The notes beneath the pieces are model-generated. The model did no database searches, had not been told where the DNA came from, and saw only the letters and a program-made list of their open reading frames with translations. DNA of 32,000 nucleotides. Origin: Methylorubrum extorquens. Its GTDB lineage: Bacteria; Pseudomonadota; Alphaproteobacteria; Rhizobiales; Beijerinckiaceae. A program made the translations under genes and the position numbers. This document shows, piece by piece, positions 16,548 through 24,361 of the stretch; the first letter of the stretch is position 1; each line of letters starts with the position of its first letter. The stretch lies in contig LT962688.1 of assembly GCA_900234795.1 (NCBI GenBank), forward strand, positions 2,040,001 through 2,072,000, read 5' to 3'.

Positions 16548-17357
16548 TTGCCCGAGCCAATCACCATCGACGATCCGGACGACCCGCGGCTCTCCGCCTA
16601 CCGAGACGTGCGCGAGCGCGACCTCGTGGGCCGGCAGGGCCGCTTCATCGTCGAGGGCGAGGTGACCCTGCGGCTGCTGTTCTCTGGCAGCGCCCGCTTT
16701 GCCGCGGAATCGGTTCTGCTGGCGCCCGAGCGCTGGCCGGCCTTTGCGGATCTGTTGAGCGGGGATGGGCCGCCGGTCTATCTCGCCGGCAAGGACGTGA
16801 TGAGCGCGGTGGCCGGCTTTCCGATCCATCGCGGCGTGCTGGCGGTGGGCCTGCGCGGCGAGGAGCCGTCACTCGAGTCCTTGATCCCGCCTGCCCCTGC
16901 CCCGGCCCTCGTCGTCGGGCTGGTGGGGCTGACCAACCACGACAATGTCGGCGGCTTGTTTCGCAACGCCGCCGCCTTCGGCGCCGACGCGGTCTGGCTC
17001 GATGCCGAGACCTGCGATCCGCTCTACCGTAAGGCGATCCGCGTCTCGGCCGGCGCGGCGCTGACCGTGCCCTTCGCCCGCGCGCCGAGCGGGGCGGCGC
17101 TGCTCGACCTCGCCGAACGCCATGCCCTGACGCCGCTGGCGCTCACCCCCGGCGGGAGCGAGACGCTCGATGCCCTGGATCCGCCGTCCCGCGCGCTGCT
17201 GCTGCTCGGCACCGAGGGGCCCGGCCTGCCTGAATCGCTGATGGCCCGCGCCCGCCGCGTGCGCATCGCCATGGCGCCGGGCTTCGACTCGCTCAACGTC
17301 GCGACGGCTGGCGCAATCGCGCTGCATCATCTGGCCGGACGGCGGCTCGCAGGCTGA
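16548..17357 (+). CDS. TrmH/SpoU-family RNA 2'-O-methyltransferase
   Basis: SpoU motifs NHDNVGGLFRNAAAFGA, LLLGTEGPGL and SLNVATAGAIALHHL. TTG start as given in the track. Confidence 0.85.
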   Translation: MPEPITIDDPDDPRLSAYRDVRERDLVGRQGRFIVEGEVTLRLLFSGSARFAAESVLLAPERWPAFADLLSGDGPPVYLAGKDVMSAVAGFPIHRGVLAVGLRGEEPSLESLIPPAPAPALVVGLVGLTNHDNVGGLFRNAAAFGADAVWLDAETCDPLYRKAIRVSAGAALTVPFARAPSGAALLDLAERHALTPLALTPGGSETLDALDPPSRALLLLGTEGPGLPESLMARARRVRIAMAPGFDSLNVATAGAIALHHLAGRRLAG

Positions 17358-17471
17358 AGCCGAATCCTCGGGGCGCGCGCCTGCGGCCTCCCGCCTGTGG
17401 ACGGCTCAGGCCCTCGCGGACCCCGGCCGGCCGGCGCATGTTAGAAGCAGCGGGCGCCAGCGGGGTACGGG

Positions 17472-18971
17472 ATGGGCTACGAGATCGATCTGGGTCGGGC
17501 CGGCGACAAGCCCGGGATGATGGACCTCACGGAGCTGCTGGCGACGCGCCTCCTCGTCCAGGGCAATTCCGGTTCGGGCAAATCGCACCTGCTCCGGCGC
17601 CTGCTCGAACAGAGCGCGGGCCTCGTGCAGCAGGCGATCATCGATCCCGAGGGCGATTTCGTCACGCTGGCCGAGCGCTACGGCCACGTCGTGATCGAGG
17701 CGGACGGCAACGAGGCCGAACTCCTGCGCATCGCTGCCCGCGTGCGCGAGCATCGGGTCTCCGTCGTGCTCTCGCTGGAGGGGCTCGACGCCGAGGACCA
17801 GATGCGCGCCGCCGCCGCCTTCCTCGGTGGGCTGTTCGATGCCGACCGCTCGCTCTGGTACCCGATGCTGGTGGTGGTGGACGAGGTGCAGCTCTTCGCC
17901 CCGGCCGCCGCGGGCGAGGTCTCCGACGAGGCCCGCCGCCTCTCGCTCGGCGCCATGACCAACCTGATGTGCCGCGGGCGAAAGCGCGGGCTGGCGGGCA
18001 TCATCGCCACGCAGCGTCTGGCCAAGCTCGCCAAGAACGTCGCAGCGGAAGCCTCGAACTTCCTGATGGGCCGCACCTTCCTCGACATCGACATGGCGCG
18101 CGCTGCCGACCTGCTCGGCCTCGACCGCCGCGGGGCCGAGATGTTCCGCGACCTCGCCCGCGGCCATTTCGTCGGCCTCGGCCCGGCGCTCTCGAAGCGC
18201 CCGCTGCCGATCGCCATCGGTCCGACGGTGACCGAGAGCCGCAACGCCGCCCCCGACCTGCTCCCCCTGCCTACCATGGGCGAGGAGGCGCGCGCCCTGA
18301 TCATGACGGCGTCGGCCGAGGAGGAGGCCCGGCCCCTGCCTGCCCCCCGGCCCAAGCCAGTGCGCGCGCCGGGCCCCGACGTGCTGGTCCAGCTCGCCAA
18401 TTACCGCCCGCCGGTGCGCGACGATCTGCCGGAGGAGGAGCCGATGGACCCGGCCGAGCGCGAGGCGGCGATGGCCGAGATCCTCGCCTCGGTGCTCGCG
18501 GATTCGGACGCCGCTGCCTGCACGCCCGCCACCCTCTACCAGGATTTCACCGTCCGCTGCCGTATCCGCCGGATCGGCGGCGAGGCGATGGGCCTGCCCG
18601 AGTTCAAGCGGCGGCTCGCCGTGGCGCGGGCCGGCGTCCAGGGCGCCACCGCCGAGGGACCCGGTTGGGAGCGGGCGCAGGAGATTGCCGCCGGTCTGCC
18701 CGAGGATCTGGCCGGGCTGTTCCTGCTCATCGCCCGCACGGCGCTCGAAGGTTCGCCCTGCCCCTCCGACGCGGCGCTCGCGGAGGCCTACGGCACCTCC
18801 TCGGCGGGGCGTGCCCGGCGCATGCTGGGCTATCTGGAGGAGCGTGGCGCCATCGTCATGCGCCGGGACCTGCGCGGCGCGCCGATCATCGCCGTGCCCG
18901 ATCTCGATGCCGAGACCGGCCCACAGATCGGCGCGGCTGCCGTGCTCCCGCTGCGTCGGCGGCGGCCCTGA
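17472..18971 (+). CDS. HerA/DUF87-type P-loop ATPase with Pro/Glu-rich linker and unknown C-terminal (wHTH-like) domain
   Basis: Walker A is GNSGSGKSH. Other blocks are IIDPEGDF, Walker B LVVVDEVQLF and GRKRGLAGIIATQRLAKL. The C-terminal ~180 aa has no match I recognise, except a wHTH-like stretch (RARRMLGYLEERGAIVMRRD). Confidence 0.75.
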   Translation: MGYEIDLGRAGDKPGMMDLTELLATRLLVQGNSGSGKSHLLRRLLEQSAGLVQQAIIDPEGDFVTLAERYGHVVIEADGNEAELLRIAARVREHRVSVVLSLEGLDAEDQMRAAAAFLGGLFDADRSLWYPMLVVVDEVQLFAPAAAGEVSDEARRLSLGAMTNLMCRGRKRGLAGIIATQRLAKLAKNVAAEASNFLMGRTFLDIDMARAADLLGLDRRGAEMFRDLARGHFVGLGPALSKRPLPIAIGPTVTESRNAAPDLLPLPTMGEEARALIMTASAEEEARPLPAPRPKPVRAPGPDVLVQLANYRPPVRDDLPEEEPMDPAEREAAMAEILASVLADSDAAACTPATLYQDFTVRCRIRRIGGEAMGLPEFKRRLAVARAGVQGATAEGPGWERAQEIAAGLPEDLAGLFLLIARTALEGSPCPSDAALAEAYGTSSAGRARRMLGYLEERGAIVMRRDLRGAPIIAVPDLDAETGPQIGAAAVLPLRRRRP

Positions 18972-19083
18972 ACGCGGCCGGAACCTGTCGAGACCGGCGG
19001 CACGCGACAATCCGTGCCTCTTGCCCCTCGCCCGCTTCCGGCCAAGATTGCGCCGACGATATCAGGTTGGGAGTCTTGGGGCG

Positions 19084-20676
19084 TTGCTGCAGTCGCGGGA
19101 AGGTTTGCGTACCCTGTCGGGCCGCCGCACGATCGTCGTCGGGGCCGGCCCCGGCGGGCTTGCCACGGCGCTGCTCCTGGCCAAGGCCGGACTGCACGTC
19201 ACGCTGATCGAGAAGGACGCCCAAGTCGGCGGGCGCACCAAGACCGTGGAGGCGCCGGGCGGCTACCGCTTCGATATCGGCCCGACCTTCTTCCTCTATC
19301 CGCAGATCCTCGCCGACATCTTCGAATCCTGCGGCGAGCGCCTGGAGGACCATGTCCGGCTGGAGCGGCTCGACCCGCAATACAACCTCGTCTTCGAGGG
19401 TGAGGGCGGCATTTCGGGGCAGATCCGCGCCACCGGCGACGTGCCGCGGCTGAAGGCCGAGATCGCCCGCCTCGCCCCCGCCGACGCCGAGAACGTCGAA
19501 AAGTTCTTCGAAGAGAACCGGACCAAGCTGAACTACTTCAAGCCGGTGCTGGAGCAGCCCTTCGACAACATCCTGTCGATGGCGAGCCCGGCGATGCTGG
19601 CTGCCCTGCCCCATCTCCATCCCGGCCGCAGCGTGGACCGGGATCTCAAGCGCTACTTCGCCGACCCGCGGGTGCGCCTCGCCTTCTCATTCCAGACCAA
19701 ATATCTCGGGATGAGTCCCTTCCGCTGCCCGAGCCTGTTCACGATCCTCTCGTTCCTCGAATACGAGCACGGGGTCTATCACCCGGTCGGCGGCTGCGGC
19801 GCGGTCTCGGAGGCGATGGCGGGGCTGGCCCGCCGCATGGGCGTCGACATCCGCCTCGGGCAATCGGTCGAGCGGATCCTGTTCGAGGGCAAGCGCGCCA
19901 CCGGCGTGGTCGTCGACGGCGAGACGCTGAAGGCCGATGCGGTGGTCGTGAACGGCGACTTCGCCAAGGTGATTCGCGATCTGGTGCCGGAGGAGCGGCG
20001 CCCGCGCTGGCGCGACGCAAAGATCGGCAAGGCGCGGCTCTCCTGCTCGACCTACATGCTCTACCTCGGCATCGAGGGCAAAATGCCCGAGAGCCTGGGC
20101 CACCACACCATCCTGCTGGCCAAGGAATACGAGCGCAACATCAAGGAGATCACCGGCGGCACGCTGCCGATGGAGCCTTCGATCTACGTGCAGCATGCCG
20201 GCTTCACCGATGGCGGCATGGCGCCGCCCGGCCATACCGCCCTCTACGTGCTGGTGCCGGTGCCGAACCTGAAGGCGGGCATCGATTGGGAGACGGTCGG
20301 CCCGACCTACCGCAAGCTGATTCTGGAGCGCTTGAAGCTCCTCGGCCTTCCCGACATCGAGAGCCGCATCCGCTACGAGCGCGTGGTCGATCCCCGCGAC
20401 TGGCGCGACGAGTTCGCGGTGCACGAGGGCGCGACCTTCAACCTCGCCCACGATCTCATGCAGATGCTGTGGTTCCGGCCGCATAACCGCTTTGGACCGG
20501 GGCTCTACCTCGTCGGCGGCGGCACCCATCCGGGCTCCGGTCTTCCGGTGATCTACGAGGGCGCGCGCATCTCGGCCCGGCTCCTGATCGAGGATCTCGC
20601 CAAGGAGAAGGCGCCCGCGATCCTGGCGGACCTGCCGACGACCTCGCCGCTCGCCACGCAGGGCGATCCGAGTTGA
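19084..20676 (+). CDS. CrtI/CrtN-family FAD-dependent carotenoid desaturase or oxidase (possibly CrtP/CrtNb-like)
   Basis: Track ORF 18685..20676. The Rossmann motif IVVGAGPGGLATALLLAKAGLHVTLIEKDAQVGGR is followed by FDIGPTFF, FSFQTKYLGMSPFRCPSLFTILSFLEYEHGVYHPVGG and the C-terminal LYLVGGGTHPGSGLPV. Start set at TTG 19084, with GGGAG upstream; TTG 19105 is also possible. Which paralog is the desaturase and which the oxidase cannot be decided by eye. Confidence 0.88.
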   Translation: MLQSREGLRTLSGRRTIVVGAGPGGLATALLLAKAGLHVTLIEKDAQVGGRTKTVEAPGGYRFDIGPTFFLYPQILADIFESCGERLEDHVRLERLDPQYNLVFEGEGGISGQIRATGDVPRLKAEIARLAPADAENVEKFFEENRTKLNYFKPVLEQPFDNILSMASPAMLAALPHLHPGRSVDRDLKRYFADPRVRLAFSFQTKYLGMSPFRCPSLFTILSFLEYEHGVYHPVGGCGAVSEAMAGLARRMGVDIRLGQSVERILFEGKRATGVVVDGETLKADAVVVNGDFAKVIRDLVPEERRPRWRDAKIGKARLSCSTYMLYLGIEGKMPESLGHHTILLAKEYERNIKEITGGTLPMEPSIYVQHAGFTDGGMAPPGHTALYVLVPVPNLKAGIDWETVGPTYRKLILERLKLLGLPDIESRIRYERVVDPRDWRDEFAVHEGATFNLAHDLMQMLWFRPHNRFGPGLYLVGGGTHPGSGLPVIYEGARISARLLIEDLAKEKAPAILADLPTTSPLATQGDPS

Positions 20677-21104
20677 TGCGGGCCGCGTTTCTCGCGGGCC
20701 TTGCCGTGCTGGCGGCGCTGACGGGCCCGGCGCGGGCGGCAGGCCTGGAGGTGATCGTCGAGGGGGCCGAGCCGGGGCCGGGCGAAGTCTACGTCACCCT
20801 GTGTCAGGGCGGGCTGAGCGAGGCCGCCTGTCCGATCGGCCGGAGCGCACCGGTCCGCGGCGGCGCCGAGCGCTTCGTCTTCACCGACGTGCCCGCGGGC
20901 GTCTGGGCGGTCGCCGCCTTCCAGGACGAGAACGGCAACGGCCGGCTCGACCGGACCGGGCTCGGCCTGCCGCTGGAGCCCTACGGTTTCTCCGGCGCGG
21001 TCGCGCGTCGGGGCCGGCCGGACTTTGCCAGCGCGAGCTTCGCCCTGCGCGAACCCGGCGCCGCCGTGCGGATCCGCATCGCCCGTCCCCTGCCGCGGCG
21101 CTGA
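20676..21104 (+). CDS. DUF2141-family periplasmic protein
   Basis: Signal peptide MRAAFLAGLAVLAALTGPARA/AG. DUF2141 signature FQDENGNGRLDRTGLGLPLEPYGFSG. The ATG overlaps the upstream TGA (TGATG). Confidence 0.75.
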   Translation: MRAAFLAGLAVLAALTGPARAAGLEVIVEGAEPGPGEVYVTLCQGGLSEAACPIGRSAPVRGGAERFVFTDVPAGVWAVAAFQDENGNGRLDRTGLGLPLEPYGFSGAVARRGRPDFASASFALREPGAAVRIRIARPLPRR

Positions 21105-21111
21105 CGGGCGG

Positions 21112-22080
21112 ATGATGCGCAGCGATGCCCCGCCCCTCGTCTCCGTCGAGGGCGCTGCCCTCGCCTATCGCGGCCGTCCGGCCCTGCGCGGACTCGACCT
21201 CACCCTCGTTCGCGGCACGACGCTGGCCCTGCTCGGACCGAACGGGGCCGGCAAGACCAGCCTGATCCGCCTGCTGGCCGGGCGGCTCGCGCCCGATGCC
21301 GGAAGCGTCCGCATCCTCGGCGGCGATCCCCATGCCGACCGCGCGACCCGTAAGCGGATCGGCTTCGTGCCGCAGGAGATCGCGCTCTATCCCCGCCTCA
21401 CCGTCGCGGAGAATCTCGACGTGTTCGCCCGGCTTGCCGGCCTGAAGCGCGGGGAACGCCGCGGGGCGGTCGCGGCGGCGATCGGGCGCTGTGCGCTGGC
21501 CGAGGTGGCCGGGCGGCTCGTCGCCACGCTCTCGGGCGGCTACCAGCGCCGGGTCAACATCGCCGTGAGCCTGCTCAGCGAGCCCGACCTGATCTTGCTC
21601 GACGAGCCGACGCAGGGGGTCGATCTCGACGCGCGGGCGTCGATCCACACGGTGCTGGCGGGTCTGCGCGCGGGGGGCGCCGGGCTCGTCATCAGCACCC
21701 ACGATTTCTCCGAGGCCGAGCGCCTTGCCGACCGCGTCGCCATCCTCGCCGACGGACAGATCCGGCTCGAAGGCGCCCTGGCCGCGCTGATGCGCCCGCT
21801 CGAGGCCGCCCCGCCCGAGCACGAGGCGGTGCTGGAGAGCCCCCCGGACGCCGCCGCCGAGGCGGCCCTGCGGCGCTCCGGCTTCTCGCCGCTCGCGGGT
21901 GACGCACGGTTCTGGCGCGCCGACCATGGTGCGGCCGGCGGGCTCGACGGCGCGGCTCTGCTGGCCGCCCTGCGCACCTCGGGCGTGCCGGTGGCCGAGA
22001 TCCGCGTGCGCCGCCCCGGCCTGGAAACCCTCTATCGGGACAGCCTCGCCGACCGTCCGGGCCTGGAGAGCGCGGCGTGA
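21112..22080 (+). CDS. ABC transporter ATP-binding protein (ABC-2/DrrA type)
   Basis: Track ORF 21025..22080. ATG 21112 lies 7 nt after the DUF2141 stop. Walker A is GPNGAGKTS, the signature motif is LSGGYQRR and Walker B is LILLDEPT. Confidence 0.9.
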   Translation: MMRSDAPPLVSVEGAALAYRGRPALRGLDLTLVRGTTLALLGPNGAGKTSLIRLLAGRLAPDAGSVRILGGDPHADRATRKRIGFVPQEIALYPRLTVAENLDVFARLAGLKRGERRGAVAAAIGRCALAEVAGRLVATLSGGYQRRVNIAVSLLSEPDLILLDEPTQGVDLDARASIHTVLAGLRAGGAGLVISTHDFSEAERLADRVAILADGQIRLEGALAALMRPLEAAPPEHEAVLESPPDAAAEAALRRSGFSPLAGDARFWRADHGAAGGLDGAALLAALRTSGVPVAEIRVRRPGLETLYRDSLADRPGLESAA

Positions 22081-23303
22081 TCGCGGCGGCATTCCGGGTG
22101 ATGTGGCTCTCGCTCGTGCGCGACCGCGCGGCGCTGACCATGGCCTTCGTGCTGCCCACCGTCATCTTCGCGATTTTCGCGGCGATCTTTTCGGGCGCGA
22201 TCGGCGACCGCATCCGCATCCATCTCGGGCTCGCCGACCTCGCGGGCACCGCCACCACGCAGCGCCTTGTCACGGCGCTGGAGGCCGAGCCGTCCTTGCG
22301 CATCGCGCGCCTGGACGTGGCGGACGAGGCGGCGGCCGTCCGCGCCGTGCGCCGGGGCGAGGTCGATGTGGCCCTGGTGCTGCGCAGCGACCTCGCGGCA
22401 CCCGCTGGCCCCGACAAGGCAGGCACGGACAAGGGGAGCGCGGCGGCGAGCCAGCCGGTGCTGCTGATCGAGAGTCCGTCGCGGGCGCTCGCCACACCGA
22501 TCGCGCTGGGCCAGCTCCAGCGTGCCCTCAACGACGCGCTGCCCGACGTGGTGCTCTCGCGCATCGTCGCGGATGTGGAGCGCTCCGGCAAGATCGGGCC
22601 GGACGAGCGCGCCTTCCTCGACGAGGCCTTCGCCGAGCAGCGGGCGAAGAAGGAGCCGTTCTCCTTCACCCGTCTCGTCGAGACCCGCACCACCGCGAGC
22701 GGGCGCGGCAACGAGCGGGTGAGCTACTACGCGGGCGCCATCGCCGCCGTGTTCCTGCTGTTCGCGGCGATGCAGGGGGCGCTCTCCCTGGTGGACGAGC
22801 GCGAGGGCGGGCTGGCCGATCGCCTCGCCGCCGGCCCCGGCGGGCTACCGGTGATCGTGCTGGGCAAATTCCTGTTCCTGCTCGGCCAGGGCGTGGTCCA
22901 GGCCGGGCTGATCTTTTCCGCCGCCGCGCTTCTGCACGGCGTCGATGTGTCCGGCCACTGGATCGGCTGGCTCGTCACCTCGATCCTCGTCTCGGCCATG
23001 GCGGCCGGCCTCGCGCTCGCCGCCTGCTCGCTCTCGGCCACACGTCAGCAGGCGCATCTGGCCGCGACCTTCGGCGTGCTGCTGCTCTCGGCGGTGGGCG
23101 GCAGCATGGTGCCCCGCTTCCTCATGCCCCCCTGGTTGCAGCAGGCCGGCTGGCTCACGCCCAACGCCTGGGCGATCGAGGCCTATCAGGCGGCCCTCGG
23201 CGAGGGCGCGGCGGCGGCGCTACCGGCCTGGGGCGTGCTGGCGGCCCTGGCGGCCGTGGGTCTGGGGGTCGCGGTCGGGGTGGTGGGCCGGAGAACGGTC
23301 TGA
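22077..23303 (+). CDS. ABC-2 type permease with large N-terminal periplasmic loop
   Basis: The GTG overlaps the ATPase stop (GTGA). One N-terminal TM, a ~180-aa loop, then 5-6 C-terminal TM helices, which is typical ABC-2/YhhJ-like architecture. Confidence 0.85.
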   Translation: MIAAAFRVMWLSLVRDRAALTMAFVLPTVIFAIFAAIFSGAIGDRIRIHLGLADLAGTATTQRLVTALEAEPSLRIARLDVADEAAAVRAVRRGEVDVALVLRSDLAAPAGPDKAGTDKGSAAASQPVLLIESPSRALATPIALGQLQRALNDALPDVVLSRIVADVERSGKIGPDERAFLDEAFAEQRAKKEPFSFTRLVETRTTASGRGNERVSYYAGAIAAVFLLFAAMQGALSLVDEREGGLADRLAAGPGGLPVIVLGKFLFLLGQGVVQAGLIFSAAALLHGVDVSGHWIGWLVTSILVSAMAAGLALAACSLSATRQQAHLAATFGVLLLSAVGGSMVPRFLMPPWLQQAGWLTPNAWAIEAYQAALGEGAAAALPAWGVLAALAAVGLGVAVGVVGRRTV

Positions 23304-23402
23304 GGCGGATCGCCCTGCGGCGACCTGCGCCCGCGACCCGGGCGCGCGGATCGGGCAGAGGCAACGCCCCCGACCTGTCTCTCTCCGAGCCGCCCCACCC
23401 CC

Positions 23403-24263
23403 ATGACGAACGCGATGCTGCGCCTGCTGATCGCCGACGGCAACGACCGCGACGGCCGTGCGAAGCGCGAGGCCGCCGTCGGCCAAACCACCTCGCAGGC
23501 CTTCGCCAGCGTCGTGGCCGATCTCGCGCCCGAGGCGGCCTGCACGCTGGTGAACCCGGCCGATGCCGAGGCCGCGATCGGGGCCGATCTCGCCGGGTTC
23601 GACGGGATGGTGCTCACCGGCTCCACCCTGCGGCTCGCCGATGACGGTCCGGCGGTGCGGCGCCAGCTCGACCTGATGCGCGCGGCGCTGGAGGCCGGGC
23701 TGCCGGTCTTCGGCTCGTGCTGGGGCATGCAGGTCGCCGCGGCGATCGCGGGCGGGGATGTCGGCGAGAACCCGCGCGGGCCGGAATACGGTTTCGCCCG
23801 GCGCCTCACGGCCACGGGTGACGGGGCCGTTCACCCGCTCTTGGCCGGTCGCGCCCCCGCCTGGGACGCACCCGCGATCCATCTCGATGCCGTCGTCGGC
23901 GCCCCGTCCGGCGCTCGGGTGCTCGCGGCGAACGCCATGCTCGACGTGCAGGCGATCGAGATCCGCTACGGGCGCGGGCTGTTCTGGGGCACGCAGTACC
24001 ACCCGGAAACCGACCTCGACGAACTGGCCGCGATGCTGCGGCTGAGCGCCGACGCGGTCGTCTCCGCTGGCCTGGCCGCCGATTACGCCGCGGTCGAGGC
24101 CTATGCCGGCGAGATTTCGGATCTCGACGGGAGCGAGGGTGCCTCCCGCCGCCATCGCGCGTGGCGTCTCGGGATCGGCGCCGACGTGCTCGAATCTACG
24201 CAGCGGCGCCGGGAAATCGGCAATTTTCTCGCGTCTCTGTCCACAGCCCGCGGCGTGGAATGA
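23403..24263 (+). CDS. Class-I glutamine amidotransferase-like protein (COG0518/GuaA-N type)
   Basis: Nucleophile elbow GSCWGMQ and catalytic His-Glu context WGTQYHPE. About 90 aa of C-terminal extension of unknown function. Confidence 0.8.
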   Translation: MTNAMLRLLIADGNDRDGRAKREAAVGQTTSQAFASVVADLAPEAACTLVNPADAEAAIGADLAGFDGMVLTGSTLRLADDGPAVRRQLDLMRAALEAGLPVFGSCWGMQVAAAIAGGDVGENPRGPEYGFARRLTATGDGAVHPLLAGRAPAWDAPAIHLDAVVGAPSGARVLAANAMLDVQAIEIRYGRGLFWGTQYHPETDLDELAAMLRLSADAVVSAGLAADYAAVEAYAGEISDLDGSEGASRRHRAWRLGIGADVLESTQRRREIGNFLASLSTARGVE

Positions 24264-24361
24264 ACCGAGCGCGACCGGGTGGCACGTTGACCCGCCCGGT
24301 CCCGCATCTAGCTTCGCTTTGACGGCCTTCTTTTTCAGGCCGCGCGGGAGACGCGTTTCCA

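Noticed and set aside
14208-16829. 873-aa minus-strand ORF
   Set aside because: It spans the metallophosphoesterase and CDF genes out of frame. It also runs antisense to the MaoC and TrmH genes. It is extremely Arg/Pro/Gly-rich and not coding.
17472-18971. HerA-like ATPase, considered as the core of a known anti-phage system (Sir2-HerA, DUF4297-HerA, NurA-HerA)
   Set aside because: No Sir2, DUF4297, NurA or other nuclease gene is adjacent on either side. It is kept only as an open-function observation.
17406-19207. 534-aa minus-strand and 589-aa plus-strand ORFs overlapping the HerA-like gene
   Set aside because: These are alternative frames of the same region. Only frame 17472..18971 carries Walker A/B and HerA motifs; the others are Arg/Gly/Pro junk.
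936-21111. Longest-ORF N-terminal extensions in the track (starts at 936, 4408, 5451, 6906, 8232, 9519, 13988, 15934, 15822, 18685, 21025)
   Set aside because: In each case the conserved family N-terminus, signal peptide or first TM begins at a downstream in-frame start, usually with a better SD. The extension either overlaps the upstream gene or has junk composition.
20881-23644. ORFs 20881..22092(-), 21692..22711(-) and 21899..23644(+)
   Set aside because: They overlap the motif-bearing ABC ATPase and ABC-2 permease genes in other frames and show no motifs. They are GC artefacts.
24287-24314. TTGACC-N16-TAGCTT upstream of crtN, and a similar TTGCAG-N17-TAGCCT at 27936-27964 upstream of ppx
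   Set aside because: They are plausible sigma-70-like spacings, but the -10 matches are weak and I cannot score them against a background model. Not reported as features.
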